Below are positions 7,704 to 16,203 of a DNA stretch of 32,564 nucleotides, in pieces (position 1 is the stretch's first letter; every line of letters begins with the position of its first letter). The position numbers and the translations under genes were made by a program. The DNA comes from an uncultured bacterium. GTDB taxonomy: Bacteria > Methylomirabilota > Methylomirabilia > Rokubacteriales > CSP1-6. Under the pieces are notes generated by a model. That model was not told the origin of the DNA. It did not search any database and saw only the letters and a program-made list of their open reading frames with translations. Location of the stretch: the NCBI GenBank assembly GCA_964637755.1, contig CAZWXA010000002.1, positions 1 through 32,564 on the forward strand, read 5' to 3'.

Positions 7704-8900
7704 CTATCCCTTGGGAAGGCCGAGGACGCGCTCGCCGATGATGTTCTTCTGGATCTCGGTGGTCCCGCCCTCGATCGAGTTGGCGCGCGAGCGCAGGAAC
7801 GCGTGCTGCCAGAGCCCGCCCTCCACGGCCCAGTCCGTGCCCTTGGTGAGCTGCGAGTACGGTCCCTGCATCTCCATCGCGAGCTCCTGCAACCGCTGGT
7901 GTGTCTCCACCCAGCCCATCTTGCCCGTCGATGCCTCGGGACCCGGCACCTCGCCGCGGAGGAGGCGGGTGATGGCGCGTGCGCCGGTATAGCGCAGGCA
8001 CTCGGTATCGATCCAGAGCTGCGCGATCTTCTGGCGCATCAGGGGATCCTTGGTGATGCTCGCGCCGTTCTTCTCGAGTCGCCGCGCCATCTCGATCAGC
8101 CCGTCGAGCGCGATCCGGAGCCGCTGCTGGAGCCCGAAGCCGAGGGCCAGCCGCTCGTACATGAGCGTCGTCATGCCCACGGCCCATCCGTTGTTCAGGC
8201 CCCCGAGGACATGCGACTCGTGGACGCGGACATTGTCGAAGAACACCTCGTTGAACTCCGCGTCTCCCGTGATCTGCCGGAGGGGCCTGACGCTCACTCC
8301 GGGCAGGTGCATGTCGAGGAGGAAGTAGGTGATCCCCTTGTGCCTGGGCGCGTCGGGGTCGGTCCGGGCGAGCAACATCATCCAGTCCGCGACGTGCGCG
8401 AGCGAGGTCCACACCTTCTGCCCGTTGACGACGTAGTACTCGCCGTCCTTCACCGCCCGGGTCTGGAGCGCCGCCAGATCCGAGCCGGCGTTGGGCTCGG
8501 AGTAGCCCTGGCACCAGATCTCCTCGCAGGAGAGGATCCTCGCGGGATGGCGGCGCTTCTGCTCCTCGGTCCCGTAGGCGATGATCGTCGGCCCGGCCAT
8601 GCCGATGCCGAGGATGTTCAGCACCGGCGGCGCCTTCGCGGTGGCCAACTCCTGGTGGAGGATCATCTCCTCCATGAAGGTCAGGCCGCGACCGCCGTAC
8701 TGCTTGGGCCAGGTGAGCCCGAGGAAGCCGGCCTCGTGGAGCTTCTTCTGCCACTCGCGCAGCAGGTCGTACGCTTCGGGCCGCGGGATGTCCGACGACG
8801 CCATCATGCGGGCCGTCCACTCGCGGGGCATGTTCCGCCCGAGCCAGGACCGGACTTCGTCCCGGAGGGACTGCTGTTCCGGAGTCAAGGTGAGATCCAT
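7704..8900 (-). CDS. acyl-CoA dehydrogenase (FadE-like)
   Basis: 398 aa. QGYSEPNAGSDLAAL, and a C-terminal IEGGTTEIQKNIIGERVLGLP carrying the catalytic-Glu motif. SD GGGAGGGG lies upstream of ATG 8898-8900. Confidence 0.9.
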   Translation of the reverse strand: MDLTLTPEQQSLRDEVRSWLGRNMPREWTARMMASSDIPRPEAYDLLREWQKKLHEAGFLGLTWPKQYGGRGLTFMEEMILHQELATAKAPPVLNILGIGMAGPTIIAYGTEEQKRRHPARILSCEEIWCQGYSEPNAGSDLAALQTRAVKDGEYYVVNGQKVWTSLAHVADWMMLLARTDPDAPRHKGITYFLLDMHLPGVSVRPLRQITGDAEFNEVFFDNVRVHESHVLGGLNNGWAVGMTTLMYERLALGFGLQQRLRIALDGLIEMARRLEKNGASITKDPLMRQKIAQLWIDTECLRYTGARAITRLLRGEVPGPEASTGKMGWVETHQRLQELAMEMQGPYSQLTKGTDWAVEGGLWQHAFLRSRANSIEGGTTEIQKNIIGERVLGLPKG

Positions 8901-8932
8901 CGGCCCCTCCCTGATCGACGGCGGCTCGAAGA

Positions 8933-8948
8933 CTGAACCACGGTTCAG
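8933..8948. promoter_or_regulatory. candidate repressor operator, CTGAACC-N2-GGTTCAG
   Basis: 7-bp perfect inverted arms, positioned about +4 to +20 relative to the predicted TSS of the minus-strand operon promoter. Confidence 0.5.
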
Positions 8949-8951
8949 CGC

Positions 8952-8981
8952 ATTCTATGGGCCCGCTTCCGGAGAAGTCAA
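8952..8981 (-). promoter_or_regulatory. sigma-70-type promoter for the ACAD/Liv operon (TTGACT-N18-TAGAAT)
   Basis: The minus strand reads ccTTGACTtctccggaagcgggcccaTAGAATgcgctgaacc. This leaves a leader of about 45 nt to ATG 8900, with a strong SD. Confidence 0.6.
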
Positions 8982-9102
8982 GGCAGAGTGGAGCGTCCTT
9001 CGCCCACCCACGGGCGGCGGGGTGATCCTCGAGCCTCGGCTCGCGAGCCGGCCGGACGGGCGACACCGAGAGGGCGGGCCTGCTCCCCGGAGCCGGGGCG
9101 GT

Positions 9103-9122
9103 CCGCGAGGCCGGCCTCGCGG
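9103..9122. repeat. 20-bp perfect palindrome CCGCGAGGCCGGCCTCGCGG in the divergent intergenic region
   Basis: The sequence equals its own reverse complement. Neighbouring smaller palindromes are GGCTCGCGAGCC (9038-9049) and CCCCGG-AG-CCGGGG (9085-9098). Confidence 0.7.
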
Positions 9123-9181
9123 CGCACCAGGCCGCTGGTGCCCGCCGGGCGAACTTTCGGAACCGGTCGTCCGGTCAGCTC

Positions 9182-9190
9182 TGCTATAAT
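9182..9190 (+). promoter_or_regulatory. extended -10 promoter TGcTATAAT upstream of ugd
   Basis: TGCTATAAT ends 14 nt before ATG 9205. No SD lies in between, which implies a very short leader. Confidence 0.55.
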
Positions 9191-9204
9191 TTTTCCCTGC
9201 CCGC

Positions 9205-10515
9205 ATGAACATCTGCGTCGTCGGAACAGGATACGTCGGGCTCGTCACGGGGGCGGTCTTTGCCGACCTCGGCAACGACGTCGTCTGCGCCGACAAGGAC
9301 GCCCAGAAGATCGCCGCCCTGTGCGCCGGGCGGATGCCGATCTACGAGCCCGGGCTCGAGGAGATGGTCACTCGCAATACCGCCGACGGCCGCCTGTCGT
9401 TCACCACCGACCTGACCGGCGCGGTCCACCGATCCGAGATCGTCTTCATCGCGGTCGGCACCCCGTCCAAACCGGACGGTGAGACCGACCTCGGCGCTGT
9501 CGAGGAGGTCGCCAAGGGCATCGGCCGAGCCATGGAGCGCTACACCGTGGTGGTGAACAAGTCGACGGTGCCGGTCGGCACCGGCGAGTTCGTTCGCGAC
9601 GTGATCGCGCGCCATCAGGCGAGGGCGGTCGCGTTCGACGTGGTGTCGAACCCCGAATTCCTCCGGGAGGGCTCCGCGATCGAGGACACGCTGCGTCCGG
9701 ACCGGATCGTGATCGGCGCGCCCAGCCAGCAGGTCGCCATGACCCTGCTCGAGCTGTACGCGCCGCTCGAGCGGCCGATGATCATCACGGACGTGCCGTC
9801 GGCGGAGATGATCAAGTACGCCTCGAACGCGTTCCTTGCCTGCAAGATCTCCTTCGTCAACGCGATCGCGAACATCTGCGAAGCGGCGGGCGCCGACGTG
9901 ACGCACGTCGCCAAGGGCATGGGCCTCGACGCCCGGATCGGCCCGGCCTTCCTCCAGGCCGGCCTCGGGTATGGCGGCTCCTGCTTCCCGAAGGACGCGG
10001 AATCGCTGGTCCACACGGCGGCGCGCCTCGGCTACGACTTCAAGTTCCTGCGCGCCATGGCCGAGGTGAACCGGGATCGCGTGCGCCACTTCGTCGAGAC
10101 CCTGGCCAAGGCCCTCGGCTCGCTCGACGACAAGGTGGTCGCGGTCCTCGGCCTCGCCTTCAAGCCCAACACGGACGACATGCGCGAGGCCAGGAGCGTC
10201 GAGGTGATCCAGCGGCTGCTCGCCGCGGGGGCGACCGTTCGCGCCTACGATCCCGTCGCCATCGACAACGCGCGCGCCGTCCTCCCGCCCGCGGTGCAGT
10301 ACGCGGGCTCGGCGTACGAGGCGGCGGAGGGGGCGGATGCCGTGGCGCTGGTCACCGAGTGGAACGAGTTCAAGTTCATCAACCTCGAGCGCCTGCGCTC
10401 GGCCATGCGTCGGCCCGTCGTCCTCGATGGCCGCAACATCTGGGAACCGGAGCGCATGCGGCGTCTCGGATTCGAGTACCACTCCGTCGGGCGCAGACCC
10501 GTGAACCCGTCCTAG
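9205..10515 (+). CDS. ugd: UDP-glucose 6-dehydrogenase
   Basis: N-terminal Rossmann fold VVGTGYVGL, catalytic-Cys motif [10 protein letters not shown], 436 aa. Confidence 0.92.
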   Translation: MNICVVGTGYVGLVTGAVFADLGNDVVCADKDAQKIAALCAGRMPIYEPGLEEMVTRNTADGRLSFTTDLTGAVHRSEIVFIAVGTPSKPDGETDLGAVEEVAKGIGRAMERYTVVVNKSTVPVGTGEFVRDVIARHQARAVAFDVVSNPEFLREGSAIEDTLRPDRIVIGAPSQQVAMTLLELYAPLERPMIITDVPSAEMIKYASNAFLACKISFVNAIANICEAAGADVTHVAKGMGLDARIGPAFLQAGLGYGGSCFPKDAESLVHTAARLGYDFKFLRAMAEVNRDRVRHFVETLAKALGSLDDKVVAVLGLAFKPNTDDMREARSVEVIQRLLAAGATVRAYDPVAIDNARAVLPPAVQYAGSAYEAAEGADAVALVTEWNEFKFINLERLRSAMRRPVVLDGRNIWEPERMRRLGFEYHSVGRRPVNPS

Positions 10516-10529
10516 CTGCCAGCGGCCCG

Positions 10530-11465
10530 ATGCGCGTGCTCGTCACGGGCGGAACGGGCTTCCTCGGCTCGCATTTGTGCGAGTTCCTCCTCGCGCAGCG
10601 GCACGAGGTGGTCTGCATGGACAACCTGCTGACCGGCGCGCTCGACAACATCGCCACCCTGGCGGCCAGGCCGGGGTTCTCGTTCATCCGGCACGACGTC
10701 ACCGAGCCCATCGATCTGGACGGGCCCCTCGACTACGTGCTGCACTTCGCCAGCCCCGCGTCACCGCACGATTACCTCGAGATGCCCATCCAGACGCTGA
10801 AGGTCGGGGCGCTCGGCACCCACAAGGCGCTCGGCCTCGCCAAGGCCAAGCGGGCGACGTTTCTCCTCGCGTCGACCTCGGAGGTCTACGGCGACCCGCT
10901 GGTCCACCCGCAGCGCGAGGACTACTGGGGCAACGTCAATCCGATCGGGCCCCGCGGCGTCTACGACGAGGCCAAGCGGTTCGCCGAGGCGATGACCATG
11001 GCCTATCATCGGTTCCACGGGGTCCAGACCCGTATCGCGCGGATCTTCAACACCTATGGCGAGCGGATGCGACTCAACGACGGGCGGGCGATCCCGGCGT
11101 TCATGACCCAGGCGTTGACCGGCCGCCCCGTCACCGTCCACGGCGACGGCTCGCAGACGCGGTCGTTCCAGTACGTCTCGGATCTGGTCGACGGCATCTG
11201 GCGCCTGATGCGGTCGCCGGTGACGGACCCGGTCAACCTCGGCAGCCCGCACGAGATGACGCTCCTCGAGCTGGCGAAGAGGATCGTTTCCCGGTGCGGC
11301 TCGCCGAGCGAGATCGTGTTCGGGCCGCTGCCCGAGGACGATCCGAAGGTCCGCCAGCCCGACATCACCCGGGCGCGGACGCTCCTGGGCTGGGAGCCGC
11401 GGGTGGACGTCGACGAGGGGCTCGGGCGGACCCTCGCGTGGTTCCGGGCCCGGCTCCCCTCGTGA
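10530..11465 (+). CDS. UDP-glucuronate decarboxylase (UDP-xylose synthase, UXS-type SDR)
   Basis: [30 protein letters not shown] (YxxxK), IFNTYGERM. Start set at ATG 10530. The track ORF starting at 10359 overlaps ugd. Confidence 0.85.
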   Translation: MRVLVTGGTGFLGSHLCEFLLAQRHEVVCMDNLLTGALDNIATLAARPGFSFIRHDVTEPIDLDGPLDYVLHFASPASPHDYLEMPIQTLKVGALGTHKALGLAKAKRATFLLASTSEVYGDPLVHPQREDYWGNVNPIGPRGVYDEAKRFAEAMTMAYHRFHGVQTRIARIFNTYGERMRLNDGRAIPAFMTQALTGRPVTVHGDGSQTRSFQYVSDLVDGIWRLMRSPVTDPVNLGSPHEMTLLELAKRIVSRCGSPSEIVFGPLPEDDPKVRQPDITRARTLLGWEPRVDVDEGLGRTLAWFRARLPS

Positions 11466-12385
11466 ACACGCTGGTCACGGGCGGTGCGGGATTCATCGGG
11501 TCCCACGTCGTCGACCGGCTGCTCATCCGCGGGCACCGGGTCGACATCGTCGACAACCTCAGCACGGGCCGGCGGGCGCTCGCCAATCCCTCGGCGCGGC
11601 TCCACGTCGCCGACATCAGGAGCAGCCGGCTCCCCGCGGTCCTCGCCGAGGCGCGGCCCGAGGTCGTCATCCACCTCGCCGCCCAGGTCGACGTGCGGCG
11701 CTCCGTCGTCGACCCCGTGTTCGATGCGAGCGTCAACGTCGTCGGCACGCTCAACCTGCTCGACTGCTGCCGCCGGGTGGGCGTCCGGCGGTTCGTCTTC
11801 GCGTCGAGCGGCGGCGCGATCTACGGGGACTGCGAGACGGTGCCGACCCCCGAGACGCAGCCCGCCCGCCCCGCCTCGCCCTACGGCGCCGCCAAGCTCG
11901 CGGCCGAGCACTACATCGCGGCGTGGGGGAACCTGACCGGCGCCACGGCCATGGCGCTCCGGTACGCCAACGTGTACGGCCCGCGGCAAAGCCCGCTGGG
12001 CGAGGCGGGGGTGGTTGCCATCTTCGCGGACCGGCTCATCGCGGGCCGGCCCTGCGTGATCAACGGCGACGGCGAGCAGACGCGCGACTACGTCTACGCC
12101 GAGGACGTGGCGGAGGCGACGGTGCTGGCGGCGACCGCGCCGCAGGCCGCCGGCGCGGTCAACATCGGCACCGGCGTCGAGGCGACGGTGAACGACATCT
12201 ACCGGCGGCTGGCCCGGGAGGCCGGCGCGACCGTACCCGCCCATCACGGCCCGCCGAAGGCAGGCGAGCAGCGTCGGAGCGTGCTCGACGCGTCGGACGC
12301 GAAGCGGATCCTCGGGTGGACCCCGGCGACCGCGCTCGAGGCGGGCATCCACAGGACGCTGGAGTTCTTCCGCCGGGCGGCATGA
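11462..12385 (+). CDS. NAD-dependent nucleotide-sugar 4-epimerase (GalE/UDP-xylose 4-epimerase-like SDR)
   Basis: [15 protein letters not shown] and [11 protein letters not shown] (YxxxK). The GTG start at 11462 overlaps the UXS stop (GTGA). The track's 602-aa ORF is a shadow extension through UXS. Confidence 0.82.
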   Translation: MNTLVTGGAGFIGSHVVDRLLIRGHRVDIVDNLSTGRRALANPSARLHVADIRSSRLPAVLAEARPEVVIHLAAQVDVRRSVVDPVFDASVNVVGTLNLLDCCRRVGVRRFVFASSGGAIYGDCETVPTPETQPARPASPYGAAKLAAEHYIAAWGNLTGATAMALRYANVYGPRQSPLGEAGVVAIFADRLIAGRPCVINGDGEQTRDYVYAEDVAEATVLAATAPQAAGAVNIGTGVEATVNDIYRRLAREAGATVPAHHGPPKAGEQRRSVLDASDAKRILGWTPATALEAGIHRTLEFFRRAA

Positions 12386-12410
12386 TCAGTCCGGGAGAGG
12401 AGGTGGCGCG

Positions 12411-12581
12411 ATGATCGACGAGGAGCTGAAGGCCATCCTGGCGTGTCCGGCATGCAAGGGCTCCCTGCTCTTCGAGGAGACCCGCATCATCTGCCCCGCG
12501 TGCCGGAAGGCGTACCCGATTCGCGACGGCATCCCGGTGATGCTGATCAGCGAAGCGGAAGCGTGGACGCCCAGGCCGTAA
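12411..12581 (+). CDS. Trm112/YcaR (UPF0434) family zinc-ribbon protein, 56 aa
   Basis: Not in the ORF track. Translation is [56 protein letters not shown]. It has two CPxC knuckles and the family-typical [12 protein letters not shown] strong SD GGGAGAGGAGG lies 7-17 nt upstream. Confidence 0.8.
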   Translation: MIDEELKAILACPACKGSLLFEETRIICPACRKAYPIRDGIPVMLISEAEAWTPRP

Positions 12582-13654
12582 TCCTGGCCGGCGGCCAGGG
12601 CACCCGTCTGCACCCGCTGACGCGCGCGCGGCCGAAGCCCATCGTGCCCCTCCTCAACCGACCGTTCCTGCATTACCAGCTCGCGCTCCTCCGGCAGCAC
12701 CGCGTCACCGACATCATCCTGTCCTGCTCCTACCGCGTCGACGACGTCCGCGCCGCGATGGGGACGGGAGACGCCGCCGGAGTGACGCTCCGCTACGTCG
12801 TCGAGGCCGAACCGCTCGGGACGGCCGGAGGCGTCCGCAACGCGGCCGATCTCGCGCGAGGCCGCCTGATCGTGCTCAACGGCGACATCCTGACCGACGC
12901 GGATCTCTCCGCGGTGCTGGCGTTCCACGAGGCGCGGGGATCGCGCACGACGATCTGCCTGATCCCCGTCGACGACCCGACCCCGTACGGGCTCGTCGAG
13001 ACCGACGCGCGCGGGGCGATCCGGCGGTTCGTCGAGAAACCGCGGCCGGAGGAGATCACCACGAACATGGTCAACGCCGGCATCTACGTGATCGAGGCCG
13101 ATCTGCTGCGGCGCATCCCCGCCGACCGCCCGGTCTCCATCGAGCGCGAGTTCTTCCCCGCGCTGGTGGCGGACGGCGTGCCGTGCCTCGGCTTCCCGCT
13201 CCGCGGCTACTGGCGCGACATCGGCAGTATCGAGGCGTACCGGGCCGCGCAGCTCGATCTGCTCGGAGGGCGCGTGGCGACGCCGCTCGTCCCGCCGGGG
13301 ACCCTTCGCGACGGGTGCTGGGTCGGCCCCGACGTGGAGCTCGGTCCCGAGGTGTCCCTCGCCGGCCCCTCCGTGATCGGGGCGGGGGTGCGCGCGGAGA
13401 CCGGCGCCCAGCTCGGTCCGCGGGCGGTGATCGGCGACGGCAGCCGCATCGCAGCGGGCGCGCGGGTCGAGGGCAGCATCCTCTGGGAGCGCGTCGTGAT
13501 CGGCGAGCATGCGGTCCTGCGCGACTGCGTGATCGGCGCGGGCGCCATCATCGGCGCGCACGTCGACGCCGCGCCGGGCGTCGTGCTCCCGTCCGGCGCC
13601 ATCGTCCCCGACCACGCGCGGCTCGTCAGCGGGCGTGCTATCCTGGGCCGGTGA
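12563..13654 (+). CDS. NDP-sugar pyrophosphorylase (nucleotidyltransferase plus C-terminal left-handed beta-helix; mannose-1-P guanylyltransferase-like)
   Basis: [16 protein letters not shown] (GxGTRLxPLT), VEKP, then hexapeptide repeats in the C-terminal third. GTG start at 12563 chosen 6 residues before the glycine loop. It overlaps the Trm112-like ORF by 19 nt. The exact start is uncertain. Confidence 0.78.
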   Translation: MDAQAVILAGGQGTRLHPLTRARPKPIVPLLNRPFLHYQLALLRQHRVTDIILSCSYRVDDVRAAMGTGDAAGVTLRYVVEAEPLGTAGGVRNAADLARGRLIVLNGDILTDADLSAVLAFHEARGSRTTICLIPVDDPTPYGLVETDARGAIRRFVEKPRPEEITTNMVNAGIYVIEADLLRRIPADRPVSIEREFFPALVADGVPCLGFPLRGYWRDIGSIEAYRAAQLDLLGGRVATPLVPPGTLRDGCWVGPDVELGPEVSLAGPSVIGAGVRAETGAQLGPRAVIGDGSRIAAGARVEGSILWERVVIGEHAVLRDCVIGAGAIIGAHVDAAPGVVLPSGAIVPDHARLVSGRAILGR

Positions 13655-15441
13655 CGCTGGCTCGAATCCGGAATTTCTCCATCGTCGCCCACATCGATCA
13701 CGGCAAGTCGACGCTGGCCGACCGTCTCCTGTCCCTGACCGGTACGATGGACGCCAAGAAGGCGGTCGACCAGGTGCTCGACTCGATGGATCTCGAGCGG
13801 GAGCGCGGGATCACGATCAAGGCACACACCGTGCGCCTCCTCTACCGGGCGCGGGACGGCGAGGAGTACACGCTGAATCTGCTGGACACCCCGGGCCACG
13901 TCGATTTCTCCTACGAGGTCTCACGCTCCCTCGCCGCCTGCGAGGGGGCCCTGCTGATCGTCGACGCCGCGCAGGGCGTCGAGGCCCAGACCGTTGCCAA
14001 CTACTATCTCGCCGCGGACGCGGACCTGACCATCGTGCCCGTGATCAACAAGATCGATCTGCCCGCAGCGGACGTCGAGGGCACACGCCAGCAGATCACG
14101 GACCTGCTCGGCCTCGACGGCGACGAGGCGATCACGATCTCCGCCAAGTACGGGACCGGCGTGCCCGAGGTCCTCGAGGCCATCATCGGCCGCATCCCGC
14201 CACCCTCGGGCGACCCGGACGCGCCCCTCAAGGCGCTCGTGTTCGATTCGTTCTACGACTCGTACCAGGGGGTCGTCGTCTACGTGCGGCTCTTCGACGG
14301 CCGGGTGCGACCGGGCAGCCGCATTCTCCTCATGTCCAACGGGAGATCGTACGAGGTCCAGCAGGTGGGGGTCTTCTCGCCCGACATGCGCCCGGTCGAC
14401 GAGCTCTCCGCGGGACAGGTCGGCTTCGTCACCGCCTCGATGAAGCGGGTCGCGGACGCCAAGGTGGGCGAGACGATCACCGAGCAGTTCCGGCCGACGG
14501 CGGCGCCGTTTCCGGGCTACCGCGACGCCAAGCCGATGGTCTTCGCGGGGCTCTATTCCATCGAGGACACGCAGTACGAGACGCTCCGCGACGCCCTCGA
14601 GAAGCTCCGCCTGAACGACTCCGCGTTCTCGTTCGAGCCGGAGACGTCCCTCGCCCTGGGGTACGGCTTTCGCTGCGGCTTCCTCGGCATGCTGCACATG
14701 GAGATCGTGCAGGAGCGCCTCGAGCGCGAGTTCGATCTGTCGCTCATCGTCACCGCGCCCAGCGTGCGCTTCAACGTCCTCACCACGGCCGGCGAGGTGG
14801 TCGAGGTCGACAACCCCGCGAAGCTGCCGCCCGCCGATCGCATCGACCACATCGAGGAACCGTACGTACGCGGCTCGATCTTCGTGCCCACGGAGTTCAT
14901 GACCGCGATCTACAAGCTGGCCCAGGACAAGCGGGGGGAGCATCGATCGCTCGAGTACCTCGGCAAGCGGGTGCACATCATCTTCGACTTCCCCCTGTCC
15001 GAGATCGTGGTGGACTTCTACGACAAGCTGAAGTCGATCTCCAAGGGCTACGCGTCGTTCGACTACGACCTCGCGGACTTCCGCGAGTCGGATCTGGTCA
15101 AGCTCGACGTGCTGCTCAACGGCGAGCCGGTCGATGCGCTCTCCATCGTCGTCCATCGGGACCGCGCGCACGAGAAGGGCAAGGCCATCGTCGAGAAGCT
15201 TCGCGGCGTCATCCCGCGCCAGATGTTCGAGGTCGCCATCCAGGCGGCGATCGGCAGCCGTGTCATCGCGCGGGAGACCGTCAAGGCCATGGGCAAGAAC
15301 GTGACGGCGAAGTGCTACGGCGGTGACATCACGCGCAAGCGCAAGCTGCTGGAGAAGCAGAAGGAAGGCAAGAAGCGCATGAAACAGGTCGGGCGGGTCG
15401 AGGTGCCACAGGAGGCGTTCCTGTCCGTGCTGAAGAGCTGA
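13651..15441 (+). CDS. lepA: translation elongation factor 4 (LepA)
   Basis: [33 protein letters not shown], and a LepA-specific C-terminus ([19 protein letters not shown]). GTG 13651 overlaps the upstream stop (GTGA). Confidence 0.93.
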   Translation: MTLARIRNFSIVAHIDHGKSTLADRLLSLTGTMDAKKAVDQVLDSMDLERERGITIKAHTVRLLYRARDGEEYTLNLLDTPGHVDFSYEVSRSLAACEGALLIVDAAQGVEAQTVANYYLAADADLTIVPVINKIDLPAADVEGTRQQITDLLGLDGDEAITISAKYGTGVPEVLEAIIGRIPPPSGDPDAPLKALVFDSFYDSYQGVVVYVRLFDGRVRPGSRILLMSNGRSYEVQQVGVFSPDMRPVDELSAGQVGFVTASMKRVADAKVGETITEQFRPTAAPFPGYRDAKPMVFAGLYSIEDTQYETLRDALEKLRLNDSAFSFEPETSLALGYGFRCGFLGMLHMEIVQERLEREFDLSLIVTAPSVRFNVLTTAGEVVEVDNPAKLPPADRIDHIEEPYVRGSIFVPTEFMTAIYKLAQDKRGEHRSLEYLGKRVHIIFDFPLSEIVVDFYDKLKSISKGYASFDYDLADFRESDLVKLDVLLNGEPVDALSIVVHRDRAHEKGKAIVEKLRGVIPRQMFEVAIQAAIGSRVIARETVKAMGKNVTAKCYGGDITRKRKLLEKQKEGKKRMKQVGRVEVPQEAFLSVLKS

Positions 15442-15443
15442 CG

Positions 15444-16115
15444 ATGGACGTGCAGGAGAAGACCCGGGACATCGCGCGCCCGGTGGAGGCGGTCCGGCGC
15501 AACAAGTCGCTCGTCCGCGAGTACGCCGAGGCCATCGGGATCGCCATCCTCCTGGCCCTGGTGATCCGGACGCTCATCGTCCAGGCCTTCACGATCCCGT
15601 CCGGCTCGATGATGGACACCCTGCTGGTGGGCGACTACATCCTCGTCAACGAGTTCCTGTTCGGCCCGGCGATCCCGCTCACCGACCGGCACGTTCCGGG
15701 CCTCCGCGACCCGCACCGCAGTGACATCATCGTGTTCAAGTATCCGCAGGACGAGAAGCGCGACTTCATCAAGCGGATCATCGGCACGCCCGGCGACCGG
15801 GTACAGGTCCGGGGCCACACGGTGTTCGTGAACGGCGAGCCGCTCGTGGAACCGTACGCGAAGGGCACGCGCGGGTCCACGCCGCGTGCCGAGCCCACCG
15901 GCTACTGCGGCTATGCCTATGGCTGCGAGCCGATCGTCGTCCCGCCCGACTCCTACTTCGTGATGGGCGACAACCGCGACAACTCCCAGGACAGCAGGTA
16001 CTGGGGGTTCGTCAGGCGCGACAAGATCAAGGGCAAGGCGTTCCTCATCTACTGGTCCTGGGACAGCGACCGTCACTGGCTGCGCTGGCGGCGGCTGGCG
16101 AACTATATCCCTTGA
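15444..16115 (+). CDS. lepB: signal peptidase I
   Basis: Single TM segment, catalytic Ser box IPSGSMMDTL, Lys box KRIIGTPGD, GDNRDNSQDSRYWG. Confidence 0.92.
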   Translation: MDVQEKTRDIARPVEAVRRNKSLVREYAEAIGIAILLALVIRTLIVQAFTIPSGSMMDTLLVGDYILVNEFLFGPAIPLTDRHVPGLRDPHRSDIIVFKYPQDEKRDFIKRIIGTPGDRVQVRGHTVFVNGEPLVEPYAKGTRGSTPRAEPTGYCGYAYGCEPIVVPPDSYFVMGDNRDNSQDSRYWGFVRRDKIKGKAFLIYWSWDSDRHWLRWRRLANYIP

Positions 16116-16132
16116 ACCGGGCATTGGCGTGC

Positions 16133-16148
16133 GGGCGTGGCCACGCCC
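16133..16148 (+). terminator. 16-bp perfect palindrome/hairpin GGGCGTGGCCACGCCC just after lepB (no U-tract)
   Basis: Starts 18 nt after the lepB stop. Flanked by an outer GGGCAT...ATGCCC pairing (16119-16154). Confidence 0.3.
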
Positions 16149-16203
16149 ATGCCCCGCCCCACCGACGGCCGTCGACAATTCTCGACGCCCGACGATACGG
16201 TCG

